Shown: one piece after another, positions 8,866-18,328 of the stretch | Layout: the number at the start of each line of letters is the position of its first letter | How positions within the stretch are numbered: the stretch's first letter is position 1 | From: a virus | Lineage: Duplodnaviria > Caudoviricetes | Direction: 5' to 3' (one strand) | Length of the DNA stretch: 64,000 bases | IMG/VR virus record: IMGVR_UViG_3300032233_002382 | Span: 1 to 64,000 of that record | Notes under the pieces: generated by a model | Database searches by the model: none | Seen by the model: the letters and a program-made list of their open reading frames with translations, nothing else | What the model was told of the DNA's origin: nothing | Program-made: the position numbers and the translations under genes

Positions 8866-11001
8866 ATGCCGACTTACGGAATTGTGCTAAGGTTGACTCA
8901 CACGGGCACAACAAATACATCCATCCCAATAAACGATGTCGCAATCGTAGAAAAAGGTTCTCCCATTTCTAAGAATGTCTACGTGCCCTTAAATGGCACT
9001 ATTGACCTGGCTTATGGAGGACTAGTTCCGTATTCTTTTGAAACGGGCACTATAAGATCGCTAATCAATGCAGGATTGGTAAACGCAACCATAATCCAGG
9101 GATCTGAATTTAGTTTTGGCCCAACTGGTCCAGCAGGAATCGATGGGCCAACGGGACCGCAAGGACAGATAGGACTCCCCGGTCAAACCGGACCAACAGG
9201 AAGTGCAGGTATACTTGGACCTGCTGGCCCTACAGGACTGGAAGGTCCAGCAGGTCCGACTGGTGGATCTGGAATCGAAGGACCTACAGGACCCACGGGA
9301 TTAAGTGCTACGCTTGGAGTAACTGCTGGAACCTACGGAGACGTTTCGAACATCCCTCAAATCACCGTCGACGTGAACGGTCAAATCACTTCCATCGTCG
9401 AACAGAACATTACTTCGACTAGCATTCTCACACTTTATGTCTCGAATGCTACTGGCAGTGATTCAAACGATGGGTTAACGCTTTTAACCCCTAAAAAATC
9501 AATTCAGGCGGCTGTCGACGCCGTAGGGTTATTTCTTGCGGCTGCTACCTCACCTAATGCGCACGCGACAATCAATGTAGCAGCACAGTCAACGGTTGAA
9601 GATTTTAACGTGACCGGAACTTATGCCGGGCGAGGATTGAACGCGAGCCCACTCGGCATTTTAATTCAGGGTGCAACTCCCACGATTTTATCGGGACCCC
9701 ACACACTTACCTCAGTGTCTTTAACCGACCCAGATAATACGGTTGTAGGATCCAACAATGGGGCTGAAGGAACAATCACAGTGCTCGGGGCTGGTTGGAC
9801 GGTTAACGCTTATGCCGGAAAATTCGTGCGGATCCAAGGCGGCGCAACAACAACATATGCTCCTATAAGTTCAAATACTTCAGACACATTGACGGTTATG
9901 CGACAAACGGGAGGTAGCCTAGGGTTTTCTGTAGGCAACACTATCGAAATCGTGCAGCCTTCTACCATCATGACTGGCGGGGTTGCAGTTAACTCTGCTA
10001 ATCTTCAGATTCGTGTCAACGATTTCCAAATAATAGGAACTGCTGGGACACCCCCGATTCGCACGATAGCGGCTGGAGTCTTAGGATTTAGTACATTTAA
10101 TCTACAACGCTGTATTATCGACTTCTCAGCTTATACTGGAGTAGGGTGGGCGTGCTCGAGTCAGATTCTTACGACTTGCCAAGTCGTGGCGGCTTTAGCT
10201 TTGCCTATAAACATGGTAATTGGAGTAGGCGGCATTTTCAGCGCATCTAGAACATATTTTAAGAACCTAGCTCGAATGGTATTAAGAGACTCAAGGTACT
10301 CGAGCTTTCTCTCTTGTGTTGTCGACGGACTTTCAAATGCGCAGGGGCTTGAACCGGGCGACGTTTGTAGAGCGCAGGGGTTTAAGTATAAAAACAATTC
10401 GGGACCGTTCGCGATTCGTGGAGAAGCGGGATTTGGTAACGGAAATAATCTTCAATCAGCATTGTTCACGAGTTCGGGAACGTCAGTTACCCATATCCTG
10501 TTGATAACGGCTAGCGGGTATAATCTCGAGGGCATAACGTTTATTAACGGAGCGATTGGAATTAACGCGACACTTGCGAGTCAAGCGAGCGGAATCGCAA
10601 CAACGCTAGCATTCTCTGGGACGCTAAATCCGATAGTGGCGGACGGAGCCAGCGCGGTTGCAGTTTCAGCCATCCAGGTGGGAACGGGCGCGACGACCGG
10701 GATTTCGGTGCTCGGGGCGAGCCGCTTGATTTGTGATGGAAATGTCGATTTCACGGGAACGACGAACCCGATCGTGCTTAGAGACGGGTCGACGCTTGTT
10801 ACGAGGGGAACGCTAAGCGGGACCGGAAATGTAGCACAACCGCTGGTGATCGTGAACGACGGTTCGAGGTTTGTGTGCGCGGCCACTCCAACGCTATCAG
10901 GCGGGTCGTCCGATTTAAGGTTCGACGGTACGACTAAAGCGTTCACCGACATGCCATTCGCAAACGCGGTTGGAAGCGCGGCTTCTGTGAGGAGCGCCTA
11001 A
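8866..11001 (+). CDS. Tail fibre/spike-like protein with collagen-like repeats and beta-helix-like C-terminus
   Basis: About 20 G-P-T/G-x-y triplets; YVSNATGSDSNDG...KSIQAAVD motif; G/A/T/V-rich C-terminal half. Confidence 0.7.
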   Translation: MPTYGIVLRLTHTGTTNTSIPINDVAIVEKGSPISKNVYVPLNGTIDLAYGGLVPYSFETGTIRSLINAGLVNATIIQGSEFSFGPTGPAGIDGPTGPQGQIGLPGQTGPTGSAGILGPAGPTGLEGPAGPTGGSGIEGPTGPTGLSATLGVTAGTYGDVSNIPQITVDVNGQITSIVEQNITSTSILTLYVSNATGSDSNDGLTLLTPKKSIQAAVDAVGLFLAAATSPNAHATINVAAQSTVEDFNVTGTYAGRGLNASPLGILIQGATPTILSGPHTLTSVSLTDPDNTVVGSNNGAEGTITVLGAGWTVNAYAGKFVRIQGGATTTYAPISSNTSDTLTVMRQTGGSLGFSVGNTIEIVQPSTIMTGGVAVNSANLQIRVNDFQIIGTAGTPPIRTIAAGVLGFSTFNLQRCIIDFSAYTGVGWACSSQILTTCQVVAALALPINMVIGVGGIFSASRTYFKNLARMVLRDSRYSSFLSCVVDGLSNAQGLEPGDVCRAQGFKYKNNSGPFAIRGEAGFGNGNNLQSALFTSSGTSVTHILLITASGYNLEGITFINGAIGINATLASQASGIATTLAFSGTLNPIVADGASAVAVSAIQVGTGATTGISVLGASRLICDGNVDFTGTTNPIVLRDGSTLVTRGTLSGTGNVAQPLVIVNDGSRFVCAATPTLSGGSSDLRFDGTTKAFTDMPFANAVGSAASVRSA

Positions 11002-11334
11002 ATGAAAATTCGGGACATCTTTTATTGCGAGAATTTTCCAAGTATAACTGGACTACCTGATGGTTTCGATGACGCGCGAATCGATTGGGATGAAAGGCTG
11101 AAGTTAGCTGAGATGGGGATGGATTCGATCGATTCGATCCGGGAAGACCGGGAGAAGCTTACCAAAGAAGGATATCACCTTGCGGTTGCGGGCGGATTTA
11201 TCGGAACGTGGCCGACTGAACCCGAACTGCTAAGTGGACCGGATTCGCATGGAGGATTCCGAATCGGATTTAAACATTCGCCAGATGCTTACTTATGTGC
11301 TGTCTGCCGGAGCCCGATTCGAATGAAGACATAA
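11002..11334 (+). CDS. Hypothetical protein
   Basis: 110 aa, directly follows the fibre gene. Confidence 0.55.
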   Translation: MKIRDIFYCENFPSITGLPDGFDDARIDWDERLKLAEMGMDSIDSIREDREKLTKEGYHLAVAGGFIGTWPTEPELLSGPDSHGGFRIGFKHSPDAYLCAVCRSPIRMKT

Positions 11335-11350
11335 GACCGATAAGATCCAA

Positions 11351-11938
11351 CTAAGCGGATAGTTTAAGTAAATAGCCCGAACGGTAGACTGGATGGTCGG
11401 GAGACCCGCTAGATACCGCTTTTTCAGATGAATCGGGAAAAAGAGGGACCTTCACCGGTTTCCCGGTCTTCGGATCTTTCATCATTACCGGTTTTCCAAT
11501 CTGAGGATCGAAAAGTTCGATGTTATATCCGTCCTTCAGCATTCGATACCAAGAAGCGATCGAATCTGGAGTCTGATGGATGTCAGAATAGACGGGACCG
11601 AGAGTCAATGCGAAGTCATACATCGTGCGACCGAGTTGCTTACCGCGATAACTTCTTTTGGTCGTTATATACTTAACTTGATGTCCGTCGCGATATTTCT
11701 CAAGATCCAGTTTTCCGACCGAAATTAACTTACCGTCTTTTTCGACGCAAAACGAGTAACTCCCGTATCTCTCGAGAATCTTATAACCGCCGAAGTCGAA
11801 CGTATGATGAGGCGGGAATTCGACGAAAAATTCATGAGATCGGTCGATTGCGGCGTCGTCGGACTCCTCGAACGGACCGACGTTAAAGACCGAAGTCTTA
11901 GATCCAGAGATGCGGGAAGCGATTCGAGAAAATCTCAT
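11351..11938 (-). CDS. GNAT-like protein with N-terminal IASRI motif
   Basis: YRGKQLGRTMY acetyl-CoA loop-like; paralogous YSD..QTP motif; starts MRFSRIASRISG. Confidence 0.55.
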   Translation of the reverse strand: MRFSRIASRISGSKTSVFNVGPFEESDDAAIDRSHEFFVEFPPHHTFDFGGYKILERYGSYSFCVEKDGKLISVGKLDLEKYRDGHQVKYITTKRSYRGKQLGRTMYDFALTLGPVYSDIHQTPDSIASWYRMLKDGYNIELFDPQIGKPVMMKDPKTGKPVKVPLFPDSSEKAVSSGSPDHPVYRSGYLLKLSA

Positions 11939-11980
11939 ATCGGTAATCGAAATCGCAAGCCTACGACAGTCGATCGACGG

Positions 11981-12532
11981 TTAGGTTATCTTGATGAGAA
12001 GATTGTTGTCGTCATAAAGATCGATTGAAGGATCTGCGCTCTTAATCTCTTTAGCCGAATGGTCCGGGACGAGCTCGGTGTCGAGAAGGTTTCCCGAATC
12101 CGGATCGAAAATCCGTATTTTATAACCGGACTGAAGCATTCGGTAACAAAGACTGCGGGCGTCTCGAGATTGGAAAGCGTCCGAATATACGGGTCCGAGG
12201 GAAAGGGCGAAGTCGTGAAACTTAAACCCGTAGTTCAGACCTTTCTTCCGGAATTCGGGCTTCATGTCGACCGTAGCAACCATGCGACCGTCTCGATATG
12301 GCTTTAAATCCATGTAACCGACCGGAATTGAGTCTAGGACGAAGACGTAAATACGACCCTTCTTAAGGATCTCGAATTCTCCAAATTTAAAGGTCTGGTC
12401 GGGGGAGTTCGGGGGACTGACCGACTCGAAATAAGAATCGACCGAGTGTTCAGAATTCGCGGGAAGCGAATCGAATCGGGAAAGAGCTATTCGATTCGAA
12501 ATGTTCAGTAACCTGACTCGAAGACGGTTCAT
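11981..12532 (-). CDS. GNAT-like protein, paralog of 11351..11938
   Basis: FRKKGL...DFALSLGPVYSDAFQS; start at the ATGA overlap. Confidence 0.55.
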   Translation of the reverse strand: MNRLRVRLLNISNRIALSRFDSLPANSEHSVDSYFESVSPPNSPDQTFKFGEFEILKKGRIYVFVLDSIPVGYMDLKPYRDGRMVATVDMKPEFRKKGLNYGFKFHDFALSLGPVYSDAFQSRDARSLCYRMLQSGYKIRIFDPDSGNLLDTELVPDHSAKEIKSADPSIDLYDDNNLLIKIT

Positions 12533-13191
12533 TTCTCCCACCACTCCTTGGGATTCATGGGCTTCGGATGCTCATGGAGAGGCTCTGGATCCTGCCAGCC
12601 CTTCGAAATGTCGTAATAAGGTTCGAAACGACCTTCACCGCCCTTCATGTTCGGGTGATCGATGATGAGCTCTTCGATGTCAAAGAGATGCTTAGAAGGT
12701 TCGTCCAAGATGCCATCGAAGATCTTTCGGAAGTTCGTGCAAACGCCGTCGACGCACATCCCGCGATAACCGCCTGCTATATAGACGGTCCCGAGCTGAT
12801 CACCTCGTTCGACCGTCTCGATGATATAATTGCCGATCTCATTATTGAAAGCCAGTTCGCCTAAGTGGATCTTAGGAGACGTAGGACCGTAACCGCGTCG
12901 CTCGCTGGTCGGATCTGCAACGTGAGTCATATCAAGGATGATTTCGAAGCCTTGGGATTCGAGTTCGGATTTAATTTCTTCATATCCTTCTTTCCCGACA
13001 AATAACTTGTAAAGAAGGGCGAATTTGCGGTCAAGATTCAGACCCGAGGTCTTTGACTTTAAGGTGTCGAAATATTTCGACCGGACGTCCGGATACATAT
13101 ACCACCCGATACCTAACATGTCGGGATGGACGAGTATGAGAATATTCTTCTCGGTTCCGGCGATACGAGAAGCGATTCGAGTGAGTCTCAC
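12529..13191 (-). CDS. Hypothetical protein with N-terminal IASRIA motif
   Basis: Starts MRLTRIASRIAG; 220 aa. Confidence 0.65.
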   Translation of the reverse strand: MRLTRIASRIAGTEKNILILVHPDMLGIGWYMYPDVRSKYFDTLKSKTSGLNLDRKFALLYKLFVGKEGYEEIKSELESQGFEIILDMTHVADPTSERRGYGPTSPKIHLGELAFNNEIGNYIIETVERGDQLGTVYIAGGYRGMCVDGVCTNFRKIFDGILDEPSKHLFDIEELIIDHPNMKGGEGRFEPYYDISKGWQDPEPLHEHPKPMNPKEWWEK

Positions 13192-13200
13192 GAGATACTC

Positions 13201-13719
13201 CTAAGAGGCCTTCAGAATCACGTGGTGTGGTTCGGAATCGACGTAAAGATCTATCGAATCGGACTTTAACTCCCGACCATCAACGTAGACTTTGTGTTCT
13301 TCACCAGATTCAGTATCGACTGCTATAACATCGAACAAACCAGACAGTATAACCCAGAGCTTCCTAGCTTCGGGCGTCTGAGTCTTATCACTATAAAGCG
13401 GTTTCTTAGATATGATGTACTGATACAAAATGGTCGACAGCTTCTGGCCAGAGAATTCGGGTTTCATGGCGGTCGTTGAGACCTGATATCCGTCCTTAAA
13501 AGAATTAGCTGACAAATAAGCTGCAGGCTTTCCGTCCACCATCAAAATATGTTTGGTGCCGTCCTCAATTATCTCGTGTCCCATAAATGAATGTGAACGG
13601 GGATTTTTCTTCAGCACCTCCGAATAAGCCCAGTCAACCATCTCGTCTTGAGAATGGACTCCCTTTAAGGTCGGCCTTCGGCTAATAGCGATTCGAGATG
13701 CAATACCTAGTACATCCAT
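13201..13719 (-). CDS. GNAT-like protein, third paralog
   Basis: FSGQKLSTILY...LYSDKTQTPEARKLW; start refined to MDVLGIASRIA. Confidence 0.55.
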   Translation of the reverse strand: MDVLGIASRIAISRRPTLKGVHSQDEMVDWAYSEVLKKNPRSHSFMGHEIIEDGTKHILMVDGKPAAYLSANSFKDGYQVSTTAMKPEFSGQKLSTILYQYIISKKPLYSDKTQTPEARKLWVILSGLFDVIAVDTESGEEHKVYVDGRELKSDSIDLYVDSEPHHVILKAS

Positions 13720-13913
13720 AACGAACCCGGAAAACACAAGGCTTAAATAGTATACTGGTTCCGGGGGACCCAAAAAGTTCTAAGAAAGGTCCTTTCTCTC
13801 CAAAAAAGGTTTTTTAAAATACCTACACACCTGAAAATTGGCACCCCAGAGATTTTCGAAATACCTATAATACTCAAAAACGGGACCGCCCACGCGAATA
13901 TCGGATGACCATC

Positions 13914-14225
13914 GGAAATCGGCGGGGACCCCCGTTTTCCCCAGACACGCGTCTCCCCCACCAAGAAGGGTGGGCGGAAATCGGGGGTATGGATACGTAT
14001 AGGGGGGATATAGGGGGATAGGTATACCCCCGGCGGAGATCGGCCTGCGCCCCCGTCTCTTGGGTGTGGCGGCGCTGCTCTTGCGCCGCTGCGCTGGGGT
14101 GGGCGGGGGCGGGGCCGGAAATCGGCTGCCCCGCCCGTCTCAGGGGTGGGCGGCGGCGGGGTGGTCCCGTGGCGCAGCCCCCGGCTCGACCGGAAGTCGA
14201 GCGACCCGCCCGTCGGCGGGATGCG
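13914..14225 (+). promoter_or_regulatory. Four tandem GGARR-N14-CGTY promoter-like motifs
   Basis: Motifs begin at 13914, 14035, 14117 and 14192, upstream of 14276. Confidence 0.7.
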
Positions 14226-14275
14226 AGGGCGGCGCGGCGCCCCGCAATCACCAAGCCGCGCAGGAGCCGACCAGC

Positions 14276-14695
14276 ATGAGCAACGTGAACACGATCGTCA
14301 GCAAGCTCGCCACCATCATCCCGCCCGTCATCGCCGCCCCGCCCAGCTACCCGTTCGTGGGCAAGAACGCGGTCAAGGCGACCCTCCTCGCGAACACCGA
14401 GGTGCAGCACCTCACCCTGCAGCTCATGTACCTGCTGCAGACCGACGAGGAGCAGAAGGCCAAGGACACGGAGGTCCGCAACCGCTGCGGGTTCATGTCG
14501 TCCGACGCCTACACCGGCTCGCTCCTCGCGGAGAAGCTGCTGCTGGGCATGGAGCTGGAGGGCGAGGAGGTGGCCAAGGCGGAGCGCATCGCCACCAAGT
14601 ACAGCAAGCAGCTCTCGCAGCAGCTCGTCCGCCACGCCTGCGCGCAGGACGCCCGCCTCGCGGCCTACGCCATCACCTTCTCCATCAAGGTCTAG
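14276..14695 (+). CDS. Hypothetical protein, family A copy 1 (YHLQT.DEQ..NR.GFMSSDA..KY.KQ)
   Basis: GGAGCCGACC RBS; high GC3; paralogs at 21581 and 35990. Confidence 0.85.
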   Translation: MSNVNTIVSKLATIIPPVIAAPPSYPFVGKNAVKATLLANTEVQHLTLQLMYLLQTDEEQKAKDTEVRNRCGFMSSDAYTGSLLAEKLLLGMELEGEEVAKAERIATKYSKQLSQQLVRHACAQDARLAAYAITFSIKV

Positions 14696-14782
14696 TCGGT
14701 CGGGCGGTCCCCGCCCCCACCCCTGCGAGGGGGTGGGGGCGGTCGCGTTTTCGGGTGGAAAATCATTTCCAAGGAGGCGACG

Positions 14783-14941
14783 ATGCTGCGGCACTTCGTG
14801 TTCGGGTTCGGCGGGCTGTGCGTTCTGGGTGTGTGCTTCATCGGTGGTTCGCAGACCACCCTGCCGCTCGTGGCGGGTGGATTCCTCGAGGGGGCGGTCA
14901 TGGGCTGGATCGCCTACGCGGTCACCCGCCCCGCCACCTAA
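14783..14941 (+). CDS. Small membrane protein (52 aa, not in ORF track)
   Basis: AAGGAGG RBS; MLRHFVFGFGGLCVLGVCFIGG...; followed by a hairpin. Confidence 0.7.
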   Translation: MLRHFVFGFGGLCVLGVCFIGGSQTTLPLVAGGFLEGAVMGWIAYAVTRPAT

Positions 14942-15030
14942 GGCAGGTCAGTCCATTTGAGGCCGGATCCCATCGCGGGATCCGGCCTCATTCGTATATC
15001 GGGTGAACCCATTTAACGGAGGTATGGCAT

Positions 15031-15210
15031 ATGTTTCTGAAGTACGTGGCAGCATTTCTCGCAGTCATGGCCATGGGGGTCGTCCTCAGCGCCTTCTGGA
15101 TCTACGCGTACCTCTTGATCGAGAATGCCCACCTAGGTCTCATCAAGGGAGTGACCCGTTCGACGCGGGAATGGCTCTGGACGTTCCGGCTCCGCAAGTC
15201 CATGTACTGA
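15031..15210 (+). CDS. Small membrane protein (59 aa, not in ORF track)
   Basis: GGAGG RBS; MFLKYVAAFLAVMAMGVVLSAFWIYAYLL... Confidence 0.6.
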   Translation: MFLKYVAAFLAVMAMGVVLSAFWIYAYLLIENAHLGLIKGVTRSTREWLWTFRLRKSMY

Positions 15211-15229
15211 GATATACTACACATTTCGA

Positions 15230-15270
15230 AGATATCCCCCACCCATCATCGAGATGGGTGGGGGATATCT
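15230..15270. terminator. Inverted repeat, 18-bp stem
   Basis: AGATATCCCCCACCCATC-ATCGA-GATGGGTGGGGGATATCT. Confidence 0.6.
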
Positions 15271-16139
15271 GTTTCGGGCGGAAGGTGTGAACGAAACGGA
15301 ACCGGAAGCTCGATCGGTCCGTCGTCTGTTGGGTGTGGGGCGACGCTGCAGCGTTCGTTCCCGATATACTGGTGGGGTCGCGCCAGTATATGGCATAGGG
15401 TAGTGCGACCCATCCCCTCACTCCGCCGAGTGATGGCACTCAGCCCAAGGGAGCGTGAGCCGTCTGGCGAGTGGCAGCTCGTGAGCGGGATAGTCTGCCG
15501 GAAGGGTGGGTAGGGGGATATGAAACCAAACCCCCGGCCATATGGCTAAAGTCTGGTCGATATATTGTCGGCCTACCCCACCAGGACGCCCAAGGCCGCA
15601 AATGGGGCGCCAATATGAAGACAGGGCCGCCGACCCTGAACCCGAACCAAGGAGGCGCAAGTGCAGCTGGCTTTCGAGATCTTCACGATCGGCGTGACTT
15701 CGTTCGCTTTCGGGCAGGCCGCATCGTTCGTGATCGACGTCGTTCGAGATAGGTAGTATATCGAACGAACCCCTGGCAGGGGTTCGGCGTGGAATGCCAG
15801 TTCGGAAGGGAGCCCTCGCGCTTGAGGGGCGTACCTTGGTCGGCTCCGCCCTTAGGGTGGTTGGCTCCCGACCCCGAATTCCGGCGAAACCACCCGAACC
15901 CCGCCAGGGGTTATTTCGTTGTCGGGTATCTATATCAAAATAAATCTTCAAAGTATACCCTATACCTCAAAGGGGACCGGAGATCGCGCCTCGCGCCCGT
16001 CATATGGATGTGGGGCGGCAGACCTACGGCGCCTGGGCGGATGCCAGCCAGGGGGTAGGGACCCGTGATAGACCATTGTGCGGCGGGATGGAAATCCTGG
16101 GCGATGGGAGCAATTAACTGCAATAAAGGAGCCGACCAA

Positions 16140-16622
16140 ATGCGAAACACCCTCTGCAACTGCCCGGTCACCATCAAGGGCCACGTCGAGCACATGGCCA
16201 AGTTCGTCGGCGTCCAGAAGAAGATGGACCCCGAGCTGGTCCCCGCGCTCGTCCGTAACCTCCGCTTGGCGGGGATGGCCAAGAAGCACATCCTCAAGCA
16301 CCTCTACGGCCTCGAGAGCAACCCGACGAGCAGGCCGACCATCACCGAGACCCGCCCCGCCGACCGGTGGGTGGCCTGCCGGACCGGTCACATCACGCCG
16401 CTCCTGGAGCACGCCAAGGTCTGCCCGAACGGCATCACCCCGCAGCACGTCATCGCGGCGTTCTGGTCCCACGGCAAGGCGGTGGCCCGCAAGAAGCACC
16501 CCAACGCGACCGCGCCGTGCGACACCCTGGCGAACCGCCTCATCGCTGAGGCCAACCGCCACGGTCTCAGCGGGATCGCGGAGGGCTTCAAGACCGCCAT
16601 GCGCTTCAACCGCACCTGGTAG
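16140..16622 (+). CDS. Hypothetical early-type protein
   Basis: GGAGCCGACC RBS; high GC3; motif at 15979 upstream; 34-bp palindrome downstream. Confidence 0.8.
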   Translation: MRNTLCNCPVTIKGHVEHMAKFVGVQKKMDPELVPALVRNLRLAGMAKKHILKHLYGLESNPTSRPTITETRPADRWVACRTGHITPLLEHAKVCPNGITPQHVIAAFWSHGKAVARKKHPNATAPCDTLANRLIAEANRHGLSGIAEGFKTAMRFNRTW

Positions 16623-16739
16623 TCCGAAAGGCGGTCGAGCCCCAGTCCCGTCGACGGGACTGGGGCTCGTGCTGTCTCTGGGTTAAGAGACCTATTTCCT
16701 TTGACTTCCTTTGCATTCAAAGGCATCGAGCACGGCACG

Positions 16740-17390
16740 AGTAGCCATCTATCCCTTTGAATAAAAGAGAAGTGCCCTTCTTTTAAAGACGCCGCGAGAT
16801 ATCGAGTTCTGACAGCGAATAGGGATATCGGAGTTCCGAATCCTTTATAGAGAGACCTCTCAGATTTTATAAGTTATATCCCATACTTTTATAAACTGAC
16901 ATAGATATATTGATAAAAAGTATCCTATATTTTCTTTAAATCTCAACACTCTAAACTTTTAAACTGTAAAGTGGGATGCAGACTACGGAAGAAGGGATCC
17001 AATCCCGTTGGAAGTTTGAAGTCCTGTTCGAGAGGATTCAAACTTCCAATCCCCTACCAGGGGATACCGGTATAACCGTGGAAGATTTAAAGAAAATATA
17101 GGATATCTAAAACTCCTCACTCTTAGATATCTAGAAAGAAAAAGTTTTTTTCTTTTCTTTCTTTTTCTTTTCTTCGATTCCGTTCTGCTTTATGAAATAA
17201 AGAAGAACCTCTGAGACGAAGTCTAAGAGTAATAAGTCTAGAAGCAATAGGAACAGTTTAACCAGTAGAAGTAAGAGTAGAAGCGTTAAAGGTAGAAACA
17301 GCGGATAATGCAGTAGATTTAGAAACAATATATACCATATATTTAGTAAAACAGTATGGGGTTGGTCCGCAGAGTTTTTATATGAATTAA
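16740..17390. other. AT-rich non-coding region with repeats (origin- or terminus-like)
   Basis: No credible ORF; pyrimidine tract, recurring TAGAA units, 13-bp inverted repeat at 17008..17049. Confidence 0.4.
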
Positions 17391-17394
17391 GTAT

Positions 17395-17838
17395 GTGGCG
17401 GACTTTATTAGAGTGGCTCGAAGTGTCTTGAATGTTCGGTATGCTTCGGGTATTTTAATTTATTCGAATAGCACCGGACGATTCCTTCTAATTCAAAGAA
17501 GCCAATCGGTCCCAGATCCTTTAACTTGGGGTCCGGTTTCTGGATATATTGAGAAGGGAGAAGATCCTCTTACGGCGGTTCGAAGGGAAGCATTTGAAGA
17601 AATCGGTCTAAGTCGTATAGAGATAGATCCGATCCCTCTTTACACGTTTGAGAATGAATCGCTGAAATTCTTTAATTTCATGGGGAACGTTGATAGGGAA
17701 TTCGATCCGGTACTCGATTCTGAATCGGTGGACTTCGTCTGGACTACTATGGACTCTCTACCGGCTCCCTTACACCCCAATTTCCAGATATTCGTAGATA
17801 GTTTCATAAACCCCTTGTTATCCTTAAAACGGGGGTGA
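17395..17838 (+). CDS. NUDIX hydrolase
   Basis: Nudix box GYIEKGEDPLTAVRREAFEEIG. Confidence 0.88.
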   Translation: MADFIRVARSVLNVRYASGILIYSNSTGRFLLIQRSQSVPDPLTWGPVSGYIEKGEDPLTAVRREAFEEIGLSRIEIDPIPLYTFENESLKFFNFMGNVDREFDPVLDSESVDFVWTTMDSLPAPLHPNFQIFVDSFINPLLSLKRG

Positions 17839-17842
17839 CCCA

Positions 17843-18061
17843 ATGCCTGGATTCGTAAAGACACCTGCTGACGAAAAGCTTTGGTCGAAAGCCAAAAGAC
17901 AAGCGAAGAAGGGTCTTGGCCTTAAGAAAACCCCGAAATCTGGGGAGGCAAAGGACTCGTTTTATGCTTACGCTAATAAAGTCTTTCATAACCTAAAGAA
18001 GCAGAAGAAAAAGAGGAAGGCCTCTTTAATTTCTATAGCTTCTCGGATCTCTAACCCTTAA
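17843..18061 (+). CDS. Small basic protein
   Basis: DEKLWSKAKRQAKK; Lys-rich; ends ISIASRISNP. Confidence 0.7.
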   Translation: MPGFVKTPADEKLWSKAKRQAKKGLGLKKTPKSGEAKDSFYAYANKVFHNLKKQKKKRKASLISIASRISNP

Positions 18062-18072
18062 AGGAGTCTGCA

Positions 18073-18276
18073 ATGAAGAAGGTGCTGTTCTGCGTCATGC
18101 TCTTCGCTTGCAAGCAGCCTGCTCCGTCCGCTCCGGACGCGTCCGTTGAGGTCGCGCCTCCTCCGGCGGTCATCAGTCCGGTTCCGGCTCCCGTGGCTGC
18201 TCCGGTGGTCGTCGAGGTGTTGGATGCCTCTGTTCCGGCTGTTGCGCCCGAAGCCGCAGTCGACGCCGGACACTAA
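18073..18276 (+). CDS. Small lipoprotein with Pro/Ala/Val-rich linker
   Basis: MKK + hydrophobic stretch + LFAC lipobox; AAGGAG RBS. Confidence 0.75.
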   Translation: MKKVLFCVMLFACKQPAPSAPDASVEVAPPPAVISPVPAPVAAPVVVEVLDASVPAVAPEAAVDAGH

Positions 18277-18328
18277 ATACTTTTCGGCCCCGGTCTCTTT
18301 TTGAGGTCCGGGGCCGAAAAGTATTTAG
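18275..18328. terminator. Bidirectional terminator
   Basis: TAAATACTTTTCGGCCCCGG...CCGGGGCCGAAAAGTATTTA between convergent genes. Confidence 0.75.

Noticed and set aside
17131-17328. Leu/Lys low-complexity ORF
   Set aside because: An artefact of the purine/pyrimidine tracts; no RBS.
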